Source of the DNA: a bacterium
GTDB taxonomy: Bacteria > Auribacterota > UBA3054
NCBI GenBank assembly: GCA_017963805.1
Contig: JAGCTE010000035.1
Span: forward strand, 11,839-75,838
Direction of reading: 5' to 3'
Length of the DNA stretch: 64,000 bases
Shown here: piece after piece, positions 47,939 to 55,690 of the stretch
Numbering within the stretch: position 1 is the stretch's first letter
Layout: each line of letters opens with the position of its first letter
The notes under the pieces: model-generated
Database searches by the model: none
Told to the model about the DNA's origin: nothing
What the model saw: only the letters and a program-made list of their open reading frames with translations
Program-made: the position numbers and the translations under genes

Positions 47939-49579
47939 ATGAAAAAAGGATTGATCTTTATGGCGCTCTGCCTCTGCTTGGCCGCCGTAACGTCTTTTTC
48001 CGCCACCGTCTGGACCAGCGACGTCGCCTTCGACGGCACGCCGACCTCTGACACAGTAGTTCTTAAACCCACCGACAACATCGGCTACAGCACCGCTCTT
48101 GTCGGCGGTGAGTGGAAATGCGTGACTATCAAAGTTAACGATGTGACGGATCCTACCGTTCAAATACCTAATAGCGGTACCATTTTTCAAACTCCTAACG
48201 AAAATGTAGAATTTGAAGGCTCTTTTACCTGGAACTACATTTCCTTGAATCTTCCCAAAACTGACACTTACAAGATAGAGGAGACAGCAGAATCTACTTC
48301 AGATTATAATATAACCTCTCGCTATTTCACCATTGTCCCCGAACCTACGGTATTGCTTTTTGCTGGTATCCTCGGCGTGTTCTTCCTCCGCCGCCGCGCG
48401 AAAGCCCTTCTGGCGGTCCTAGCCGCGGTTGCCCTTTGCTCCTTCAGCGCTAATGCCACGACCACGGTCTCTTCGGTTAACTGCTTACAACTTTTCCCAG
48501 TCCATAGAGAAGTAGTCATCAATTACACCATTACCACCGACTATGAAGGCGACCTCAACATCAAGTTCTACGGCAGCACGGACAAGGGCGCCACGACCTT
48601 TGATCTGGCCGACAAGGGCACTCTGACAAAGGACGGCGCCAGCGGTAAGATCACTACCGGCTCCGGCACCTACAAGACCATCTGGACGCCCGATTCCACG
48701 CTGAACAACGTTACCGGCACCATCAGGATCGGTGTGGAAGCGGAAGAGTACGTTCCTCCCAAGACCTACATGGTCCTTGATGTGGATCACAACACGGTGA
48801 CTTATCTCGACGATCCTCCCTCCGGCGGTTTCAACAACAATACCTACAAAGGCACCAAGATGGCTTTCAGGTACGTTGAGCCCGGCACCTTCACTATGGG
48901 CAGCCCGAACAATGAATTAGGACATAAATCTGACGAGACCCAACATTCAGTTACCTTGACCAAGGGCTTTTATATCGGCATCTTTGAAGTCACGGAATAT
49001 CAGTACGACCAGGTGAATTACAGTCCTTTAAGCATGTACAAGCCGAAAATAAACGTAGGTTATTCCGATATTCGTGGTTCCAGCGCCGGGGCGGGCTGGC
49101 CCGCCAGCAGTGCTGTGGACAGCGGTTCTTACCTTGGAAAGCTGCGTGCCGCTACCGGACTTAATTTCGACTTGCCCACGGAAGCCCAGTGGGAGTACGC
49201 CTGCCGCGCCAACACTACCACGGCTCTCAACAGTGGAAAGAATCTGTCTAGCCAGTGGGATGATTGCCCTGAAATGGACGAAGTCGGATGTTATGACGGC
49301 AATTATATGTCGCTTGTGGAAGGCGGCCGCTTTAATGCCAATGCTTGGGGAATATATGACATGCACGGCAACGCTATTGAACACTGCCTTGACTGGTACT
49401 CCGCGGATCTTGGCAGCGCGGCGGTGACCGATCCCAAAGGCCCCAGCGCGGGAAGCGTAAGAGTGGTGAGAGGCGGCGGCGCCCAAAGAGACGCGTGGTA
49501 CTGCCGTTCGGCCTGCCGCCAGGGGAACGCTCAAACCAACCAGGAATACGGCTTCCGCATTGTTCTGGTGGTCGAATGA
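47939..49579 (+). CDS. fusion protein: N-terminal secreted domain with internal PEP-CTERM motif, second signal-like helix, C-terminal FGE/SUMF1-fold domain
   Basis: Signal peptide. VPEPTVLLFAGILGVFFLRRRAK at residues ~133-156 is directly followed by ALLAVLAAVALCSFSANA. The FGE-fold hallmarks are GTFTMGSP, LPTEAQWEYACRA, RVVRGGG...YCRSACRQG and GFRIVLV. A TGGTAGAAT -10-like element lies upstream. Confidence 0.75.
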   Translation: MKKGLIFMALCLCLAAVTSFSATVWTSDVAFDGTPTSDTVVLKPTDNIGYSTALVGGEWKCVTIKVNDVTDPTVQIPNSGTIFQTPNENVEFEGSFTWNYISLNLPKTDTYKIEETAESTSDYNITSRYFTIVPEPTVLLFAGILGVFFLRRRAKALLAVLAAVALCSFSANATTTVSSVNCLQLFPVHREVVINYTITTDYEGDLNIKFYGSTDKGATTFDLADKGTLTKDGASGKITTGSGTYKTIWTPDSTLNNVTGTIRIGVEAEEYVPPKTYMVLDVDHNTVTYLDDPPSGGFNNNTYKGTKMAFRYVEPGTFTMGSPNNELGHKSDETQHSVTLTKGFYIGIFEVTEYQYDQVNYSPLSMYKPKINVGYSDIRGSSAGAGWPASSAVDSGSYLGKLRAATGLNFDLPTEAQWEYACRANTTTALNSGKNLSSQWDDCPEMDEVGCYDGNYMSLVEGGRFNANAWGIYDMHGNAIEHCLDWYSADLGSAAVTDPKGPSAGSVRVVRGGGAQRDAWYCRSACRQGNAQTNQEYGFRIVLVVE

Positions 49580-49610
49580 TTTGAATAATAATTCATAAGG
49601 AGATAAGAAA

Positions 49611-51302
49611 ATGTTAAAAAGCAAGTACCTTCTGGCTTTAAGCCTCTGTTTCGCCGCGGCGGCGCTTTTCGCCGGCGAGGCTGAACTCTGGTCCGGCTCT
49701 TTTACTTTCAAGGGCCAAGAGATCAATCAAGAAGAACCGCTTCTGCTCAAGACGAGCGACAAGATCGCTTACTCCAGCATTCTGGCTAAAGGCGATCCTG
49801 AGGCTCTCAAGATCGATGTGGTGGACGTCAACGATCCTTCCATTAACGTGACGCTTTTCAACAACACCAGCGGCAGGGCCGTGGAAGGCTCCTTCGTTTG
49901 GGATTACACCCAGCCGCAGTTCGACGACTTCAACCAGTTCAGCAGCTACGTTATCACCGAAACGGTGACCGCCAGCCAGGAGACCAAAGCTTATCCGCGC
50001 ACGATCAACCTCGTTCCGGAACCGGCCGTGCTGATCCTCATCGGCATCGTCGGTGCTTTCTTCCTGCGCCGCCGCGCCAAGGCTCTGCTCGCTGTTCTGG
50101 CTCTGGCCGCGCTCTGCGCCTCTAACGCCTCCGCTTTCTGCTATGTCACGAAAGTCGACTGCCTGCAGCTCTTCCCGTTCTCCAGGACCGTCGTCATCAA
50201 CTACACGGTCGAGTCCGACAGCACGGAAATTTTCAACGTCAAGTTCTACGGCTCCACCGATGACGGCGAGACGGTCTTCGACCTGTCTGAGAAAGGAACG
50301 CTTGCCAACGACGGCGCCAAAGGCTTACTCATTAGCGCCGGCGACCACAAGACGCTCTGGACTCCCGACGAGAGCTTCTATGAGACCGATACCGATAACA
50401 TGAAGGTTAAGGTCAAGATAGAGGAAAGAGACGGAATGCCTTATTACGTCTATGATCTTGAGACCGGAGAATACACTTACGTCGACAAGGATCCTTCCGG
50501 TGAATGGTCCGACGAATACAAGACCACCAAGATGGTCTTCGCCTACGTCCCGGCCGGTTCCTTCACCATGGGCAGCCCTGCCGGTGAAATTGGTCGTCAG
50601 GCTAACCAGGAAATCCAGCACACCGTCACCATCACCAAGCCTTTCTTCATGGGCGTGTTCGAAGTGACGCAGAAGCAGTACGAGCTTATTGCCGGCTCCA
50701 ACCCCTCTGAGAGCAAGGGCGACAATCGTCCCGTTGAGCAGGTTTCTTACGACATGATCCGCGGTTCTGTGAAGGGCGCACAGTGGCCCGCTAACAACGA
50801 AGTGGACGAAGATTCCTTCCTTGGCAAACTCCGTGCTCAGACCGGCAAAGTTTACGATCTGCCCACGGAAGCCCAGTGGGAGTACGCCTGCCGCGCTACT
50901 ACGGGAACGGCGCTCAACACCGGCAAGGATCTTACCGACGAGTGCCAGTGCCCCAATATGGATGAAGCTGGCCGCTATGCTTGGGACACGAACGATGGCA
51001 AGGGCGATATCTATTATCGTAAGCACACCGTCGTTGGCTGTTATCTGCCCAACCAGTGGGGCCTCTACGACTGCCACGGCAACGTCGCTGAGATCTGCCT
51101 TGACTGGGCCTATACCAGGTCGAGCGCTGATCCGCAGGTCGACCCTGTCGGTCCCGCCACGGGCACCACGCGTATGATTCGCGGCGGCGGCAACATCGAT
51201 GACGCCGAGTACTGCCGTTCCGCTACCCGCGGATCGAGTGTTTGGCCTACCACCGCCAACTACAACGTCGGCTTCCGTCTGGTCGTTCCCTTCGAAGACT
51301 AA
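49611..51302 (+). CDS. paralog of 47939..49579 (internal PEP-CTERM + FGE/SUMF1-fold domain)
   Basis: Same architecture: LVPEPAVLILIGIVGAFFLRRRAKALLAVLALAALCASNASA, GSFTMGSP, LPTEAQWEYACRA, MIRGGG...YCRSATRG, GFRLVV. Confidence 0.75.
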   Translation: MLKSKYLLALSLCFAAAALFAGEAELWSGSFTFKGQEINQEEPLLLKTSDKIAYSSILAKGDPEALKIDVVDVNDPSINVTLFNNTSGRAVEGSFVWDYTQPQFDDFNQFSSYVITETVTASQETKAYPRTINLVPEPAVLILIGIVGAFFLRRRAKALLAVLALAALCASNASAFCYVTKVDCLQLFPFSRTVVINYTVESDSTEIFNVKFYGSTDDGETVFDLSEKGTLANDGAKGLLISAGDHKTLWTPDESFYETDTDNMKVKVKIEERDGMPYYVYDLETGEYTYVDKDPSGEWSDEYKTTKMVFAYVPAGSFTMGSPAGEIGRQANQEIQHTVTITKPFFMGVFEVTQKQYELIAGSNPSESKGDNRPVEQVSYDMIRGSVKGAQWPANNEVDEDSFLGKLRAQTGKVYDLPTEAQWEYACRATTGTALNTGKDLTDECQCPNMDEAGRYAWDTNDGKGDIYYRKHTVVGCYLPNQWGLYDCHGNVAEICLDWAYTRSSADPQVDPVGPATGTTRMIRGGGNIDDAEYCRSATRGSSVWPTTANYNVGFRLVVPFED

Positions 51303-51326
51303 GACATAAGGAACCATCGCTGAAAA

Positions 51327-51361
51327 GACGGCCGACCGCTTTTGCGGCCGGCCTTTTTTTG
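51327..51361 (+). terminator. GC-rich hairpin terminator (family member 1)
   Basis: gacggccgaccgc-tttt-gcggccggcc followed by a T7 run. Confidence 0.65.
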
Positions 51362-51403
51362 TTAAAATATAAGCGTATCATTACAATCCACCCAGGGAAA
51401 GAT

Positions 51404-52249
51404 ATGAGAAAGTTTGTAGTTTTTGCGCTTTTCGCGGCGCTGTCGGTTTGTGGTATGCTTTTCGCGGACAATGATCTTAGCGAAAACGGTTCGGTCGTAA
51501 TAAAAAAGGACACGCTCGTCTATAAGGGAAAAGCCTTGAAGCCCGCCGTGAAAGTTTATTGCGGTGGGAACAAGCCTCTGAAGCAAAAGAAGGAGTATAC
51601 GCTTTCCTTTGAAAACAACGATCAGATCGGGACAGCCAGAGCGGTGGCGACCGGCGCGGGGAAATATAGCGGCCAGGCGGTTGGGGAATTCACGATCAAT
51701 CCGGGCCCGGTGAAAATAAAGAAACTTAAAAGCATCGAGTCGGGATTCGAGGCTAGTTGGAAGCCCTCCTCGGGCGTAGACGGCTATGAGCTTCTTTACA
51801 CCGCTCCCGACGAGTCCCAGTCCGGCAGCCTTTTGGTGGCAGGCGAGCAGTCCTCAAGCGTCCAGGTCACGAGGCTCGTGCCGAACACGACCTATCAGGT
51901 GTGTCTGCGCTCCTACAAGAAAGTGGACGGCAAGAATTATTACTCCGCCTGGAGCAAGGCCAAGAAATTTACCGTGGCGAAAAGCAAGGATCCTGACGAC
52001 GGTGGTGACGACGATATTGATGACGGGCCGGCTTTCGCGGAAAAATACATGGTCGTCGACCTTGCCAGCGGGTCCAGCGATCCGGTCACGGATCCGGTAG
52101 GACCTGCCGAAGGTTATTTACGCATCCTTCGCGGCGGCAGCTACTATTTCTATCCGAAAGAAAGCCGCTCGGCTTACCGGAGCCGCTATAGCCGCACCGA
52201 CAACTACAACAACGACTCCGGCATCCGCGTAGTTCTGGTTTTGGGATAG
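51404..52249 (+). CDS. secreted Fn3-like protein with only the extreme C-terminal piece of an FGE/SUMF1 domain (internally deleted paralog)
   Basis: ATG 51404 (MRKFVVFALFAALSVCG). The YMVVDL motif is followed directly by SSDPVTDPVGPAEGYLRILRGGSYY...SGIRVVLV. Compared with the two upstream paralogs, about 200 aa of FGE core are missing. Confidence 0.65.
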   Translation: MRKFVVFALFAALSVCGMLFADNDLSENGSVVIKKDTLVYKGKALKPAVKVYCGGNKPLKQKKEYTLSFENNDQIGTARAVATGAGKYSGQAVGEFTINPGPVKIKKLKSIESGFEASWKPSSGVDGYELLYTAPDESQSGSLLVAGEQSSSVQVTRLVPNTTYQVCLRSYKKVDGKNYYSAWSKAKKFTVAKSKDPDDGGDDDIDDGPAFAEKYMVVDLASGSSDPVTDPVGPAEGYLRILRGGSYYFYPKESRSAYRSRYSRTDNYNNDSGIRVVLVLG

Positions 52250-52270
52250 AATTGGCTTCTGGCGATCCAA

Positions 52271-52310
52271 AGCGGCCGGCCGCGTTCCGCGGCCGGTCGC
52301 TTTGCTGTTT
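52271..52310 (+). terminator. GC-rich hairpin terminator (family member 2)
   Basis: gcggccggccgc-gttcc-gcggccggtcgc, then ttt. Confidence 0.55.
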
Positions 52311-52312
52311 AA

Positions 52313-52400
52313 GTCTTAAAAACGTGTAAATTTGGCCTTGTCTTACCTCTTAAAAACGTGTAAATTCAGCCATCTCTGACCTCTTAAAAACGTGCAAGAG
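52313..52400 (+). repeat. three direct repeats phased at exactly 34 bp (ctcttaaaaacgtgtaaatt core) upstream of a promoter
   Basis: Copies start at 52313 (gtcttaaaaacgtgtaaatt), 52347 (ctcttaaaaacgtgtaaatt) and 52381 (ctcttaaaaacgtgcaagag). Confidence 0.8.
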
Positions 52401-52402
52401 TA

Positions 52403-52431
52403 TTGACTTTTTAAGTTGTAAATACTACAAT
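52403..52431 (+). promoter_or_regulatory. sigma70-like promoter TTGACT-17-TACAAT driving the AAA ATPase gene
   Basis: ttgact at 52403-52408, a 17-nt spacer, tacaat at 52426-52431, RBS aggaga at 52443-52448, ATG at 52454. Confidence 0.55.
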
Positions 52432-52453
52432 AGTCGCAAAATAGGAGATAATT

Positions 52454-53797
52454 ATGCTTTTTAAGAGAAAGATCTATGAAAAACTCCTCGAATGGAAGCG
52501 CCGATCCAAAGGCAGAACCGCCCTTTTGATAGAGGGAGCCAGACGCGTTGGCAAGAGCACTATTGTTGAAGTATTCGGTAAAAACGAATACAAGTCTTAC
52601 GTTATCGTGGACTTCATGAAGCCGAACAAAAAAGTGCTTTCAGCCATCCTTGACCATCCTGACGATCTGAGCGTTTTTTTCAACGAGCTTTCCTTCGCCT
52701 ATAATGTCGTTTTGCACGAAAGAGAAACCTTGATCGTCTTCGACGAGGTGCAGCGCTGTCCTGAGGCCAGGCAACTATTGAAAGCGCTTGTGGGGGACGG
52801 ACGCTACGATTACGTAGAGACCGGTTCGCTTATTTCCATAAGGATGAACGTGAAGGATATCACCATCCCGTCGGAGGAAGAAGCCATCGGAATGTATCCG
52901 ATGGACTTTGAGGAATACTTGTGGGCGATAGGTGACAAGGTCACTTTTCCCGCCATCAAAAAGGCTTTCGAGGAAAGACGTCCTATGGGAAGAAGTTTCC
53001 ATGAAACGGCTATGCACCGCTTCCGGGAATATCTTCTGGTAGGCGGCATGCCGCAAGCTGTCGATAAGTTTATCGAGACGCGAAATCTTGGCGAAGTTGA
53101 CATGGTGAAAAGATCTATTCTCAGACTATACCACAACGATATTGCCAAATACGCCGGAAAAGACGCCGCGAAGGTCAGGCGAGTTTTTGATGGCATTCCC
53201 GGTCAGCTTTCCAAAAAGGAAAAGAAATATTCCTTGGCTTCTTTGGACAAAGAGGCCAGATACAGGAATTACGAGGAAGCCTTTCTTTGGCTCGACGAGG
53301 CGAAAGTCGCTAACATAGCGTACAACGCCACTGATCCCAGCGTCGCTCTTTCCCTGAACGAGGACGACTCAACTTTAAAAGTCTATCTTCTGGACACCGG
53401 ACTGATGATCTCGCAGACGCTGGGAGACCGCCCGTACACGGAGAGCAGCATCTACAGCGAAGTTTATTCCGGAGACCTTTACATAAACGAGGGAATGATC
53501 ATGGAGAATTACATCGCGCAGGCTTTTTCCTGCAGCGAGAGAAAGCTCTTCTTCTATTCCCGCTACGACCTTAGCAGCGCCGAAAACAGAATGGAGATCG
53601 ATTTCCTGATCCGCCGCGGAGACAAGATATGCCCTGTGGAGGTAAAAAGTGGAAATTACCGTTCACACTTGTCTCTTGATAAATTCAAGAAAAAATTCAA
53701 GAAGCGCATCGGAGAAACATTCATTCTTTACACCAAAGACGTCATGCTAAAGGACGACATAATCCATTTGCCATTGTATATGGCTATGTTTTTGTAA
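52454..53797 (+). CDS. COG1373-type AAA+ ATPase (AAA_14 + DUF4143-like)
   Basis: Walker A GARRVGKST, Walker B LIVFDEV, and a C-terminal DUF4143-like region. Confidence 0.78.
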   Translation: MLFKRKIYEKLLEWKRRSKGRTALLIEGARRVGKSTIVEVFGKNEYKSYVIVDFMKPNKKVLSAILDHPDDLSVFFNELSFAYNVVLHERETLIVFDEVQRCPEARQLLKALVGDGRYDYVETGSLISIRMNVKDITIPSEEEAIGMYPMDFEEYLWAIGDKVTFPAIKKAFEERRPMGRSFHETAMHRFREYLLVGGMPQAVDKFIETRNLGEVDMVKRSILRLYHNDIAKYAGKDAAKVRRVFDGIPGQLSKKEKKYSLASLDKEARYRNYEEAFLWLDEAKVANIAYNATDPSVALSLNEDDSTLKVYLLDTGLMISQTLGDRPYTESSIYSEVYSGDLYINEGMIMENYIAQAFSCSERKLFFYSRYDLSSAENRMEIDFLIRRGDKICPVEVKSGNYRSHLSLDKFKKKFKKRIGETFILYTKDVMLKDDIIHLPLYMAMFL

Positions 53798-53810
53798 AGA
53801 ACGATCGTAA

Positions 53811-54134
53811 TATTGCAAATTCAACCAGGGAGCCGGCCGAGGCGGTTACAGCGAGGGGCACACCGCGGTTGGTTTTTATATTCCGAATTCCTGGGGCCTC
53901 TACGACATGCACGGCAACGTTTGGGAGATGTGTCTGGATTGGTGGGGGGACCCCGGAAGCTATACCAGCGATCCGGTCACGGATCCGGTGGGCGCCGCCG
54001 AAGGTACCAGCCGCCATATGCGCGGCGGTTCACAAGCCAACCCTGCGGGCGAATGCCGATCGGCGTACCGAGCCGGCAACGGCCCGAATGACCGCTATGA
54101 ATTCGTCGGCTTCCGCGTAGTTCTGGTCCCTTAA
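53811..54134 (+). pseudogene. 3' remnant of an FGE/SUMF1-fold paralog (no start; about 105 C-terminal residues)
   Basis: The frame opens at 53811 and reads NQGAGRGGYSEGHTAVGFYIPNSWGLYDMHGNVWEMCLDWW...SDPVTDPVGAAEG...ECRSAYRAG...GFRVVLVP. This aligns with the C-termini of the 47939 and 49611 proteins. The 24-nt string agcgatccggtcacggatccggt is shared with 52085-52108. Confidence 0.65.
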
Positions 54135-54162
54135 AGCGAAGTTGAGCGTTGAGCGCATTGAA

Positions 54163-54200
54163 AGCGACCGGCCGTTTCCGCGGCCGGTCGTTTGTTTTTA
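54163..54200 (+). terminator. GC-rich hairpin terminator (family member 3)
   Basis: cgaccggccg-tttcc-gcggccggtcg, then tttgttttt. Confidence 0.65.
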
Positions 54201-54232
54201 TTACCCATGTGTGATATAATACCCATGGGTAA
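54201..54232 (+). promoter_or_regulatory. perfect 9-bp inverted repeat (TTACCCATG-N14-CATGGGTAA) enclosing an extended -10 (TGATATAAT): putative operator/promoter of the downstream HTH gene
   Basis: ttacccatg at 54201-54209 and catgggtaa at 54224-54232, with tgatataat at 54212-54220 between them; 25 nt upstream of ATG 54258. Confidence 0.55.
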
Positions 54233-54257
54233 TAAATAATACACGGTGGGTGAAAAC

Positions 54258-55646
54258 ATGAAAAAGACTGTTGAGATCATAAATGAGCTTAGGGCCTACG
54301 AAAGTGAGCGCGAATGGTTCGAGTTCAAACTGAATTGGTCTAACGCCAAGGAGATTGGGGAATACATATCCGCCCTCGCCAACAGCGCCGCCTACGAGGG
54401 ATGCAAAAACGGCTATCTAGTTTGGGGAATAAACAATAAGACGTATGGAGTGGAGGGAACGACTTTTAACCCGAACAGTGAGGTCAAAGGTGAACCATTG
54501 AAGCATTTTTTGGCCAGACAATTGTATCCGGAAAATAATTTCAATTTCGACGAAACTGTTATCGACGGCAAGCGCGTTGTTCTGCTGACGATCCCCGCGG
54601 CCAAAATCTCTCCCTTAAGTTTCAACGATGAGAGATTCATACGCATTGGCTCGAGCAAAGAGAAGATCAGGAAGTATCCTGAAAAAGTATCCTTCTTGTT
54701 TCAAATTCTCAGAACGGGATTCCCGACAATGGAGAACACGCCCTCAGATTTCCAGGACCTGACATTCGAGAAACTGTTCATGTATTACGGTGCGAAGGGA
54801 CTTCCTTTAAATCGGACAACTTTCAAGCGTAATCTTGGTTTGCTGACGGAAGACGGCAAGTACAATATTCTGGCGCAGCTTTTGTCAGACGATTCCCATA
54901 TGTCTATAAGGGTGGCGCTTTTCTCGGGCAAGACGAAAGCGGACATGATGTTCGCGGTTAGGGAATTCGGCAATCAGTGCTTGCTTTACACTCTGGACGA
55001 CATTCTTCGTTACGGAGACGTTCTGAACGTTATGCAGGCGGACGAAAGGGACCGCGTGGTGGAGAGAAAGGAAGTGCCTTTGTTCGAGAGCGATGCTTTT
55101 CGCGAGGCGGTCATAAACGCGTTCGTGCACAACGCCTGGGTTACGAAGAACGAGCCTATGATCACGGTCTTTTCCGACAGGATAGAGATACTCTCAAGAG
55201 GTACGCTCGCGCCTGAACAGACAATGGAAGGATTTTATTCCGGGGTATCCGTCCCGGTAAACAAAAAGCTATCCGATCTCTTCTTGCAGCTACATATAAG
55301 CGAGCGGACAGGCAGAGGCGTTCCCACGATCGTCAAAGCCTACGGCAAGAAAGCCTATGAATTCCTGGAGAACGCCATAGTGGTGAAGATCCCCTTCAAT
55401 TGGATCAACGTGATGGGGGAGAGATCCGGGAGCAAAAACAAGCAGAAACCACTGTCCAAGACGCAGCAAAAGATCCTGACGCTGATAAAGGAAAATCCCA
55501 GCATCACCAAGGCTTTGGTTGCGGAAGCCCTTTACCTCGGAAAGACCACCGTGGACAACGGTTTCTCTGTTCTGAAGGACAGCGGCTACATCGAGAGAGT
55601 TGGCTCGAGGAAAAAAGGCTACTATAAGATCCTGAAAGATGATTGA
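54258..55646 (+). CDS. COG2865-type protein: AlbA_2/Schlafen-like DNA-binding domain + HATPase_c_4-like + C-terminal winged HTH
   Basis: N-terminal EFKLNW...IGEYISALANSAAYEGCKNGYLVWGI (AlbA_2 signature). C-terminal KTQQKILTLIKENPSITKALVAEALYLGKTTVDNGFSVLKDSGYIERVG (wHTH). The start could instead be GTG 54246. Confidence 0.75.
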   Translation: MKKTVEIINELRAYESEREWFEFKLNWSNAKEIGEYISALANSAAYEGCKNGYLVWGINNKTYGVEGTTFNPNSEVKGEPLKHFLARQLYPENNFNFDETVIDGKRVVLLTIPAAKISPLSFNDERFIRIGSSKEKIRKYPEKVSFLFQILRTGFPTMENTPSDFQDLTFEKLFMYYGAKGLPLNRTTFKRNLGLLTEDGKYNILAQLLSDDSHMSIRVALFSGKTKADMMFAVREFGNQCLLYTLDDILRYGDVLNVMQADERDRVVERKEVPLFESDAFREAVINAFVHNAWVTKNEPMITVFSDRIEILSRGTLAPEQTMEGFYSGVSVPVNKKLSDLFLQLHISERTGRGVPTIVKAYGKKAYEFLENAIVVKIPFNWINVMGERSGSKNKQKPLSKTQQKILTLIKENPSITKALVAEALYLGKTTVDNGFSVLKDSGYIERVGSRKKGYYKILKDD

Positions 55647-55654
55647 GGTAATTA

Positions 55655-55690
55655 AGCGACCGGCCGCCATCGCGGCCGGTCGTTTTTTAG
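55655..55690. terminator. GC-rich hairpin terminator (family member 4), bidirectional between convergent genes
   Basis: gcgaccggccgc-catc-gcggccggtcg, then tttttt. Confidence 0.7.

Noticed and set aside
47939-51302. Genuine formylglycine-generating (sulfatase-maturing) enzymes.
   Set aside because: The paired active-site cysteines of FGE are not conserved (CRSAC spacing is off in one copy; a single Cys or none in the others). They are therefore called FGE-fold domains of unknown function.
52313-52400. Possible mini-CRISPR array (three 20-nt repeats with 14-nt spacers).
   Set aside because: The repeats are too short and the spacers too short and too few. The array sits directly on a promoter and there are no cas genes, so it fits transcription-factor iterons better.
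52454-55646. Calling the COG1373 ATPase + COG2865 Schlafen/wHTH pair a defined anti-phage defence system.
   Set aside because: These families are defence-island-associated but have no established mechanism as a pair. Sequence alone gives no nuclease or effector domain. I report it as an accessory cassette only.
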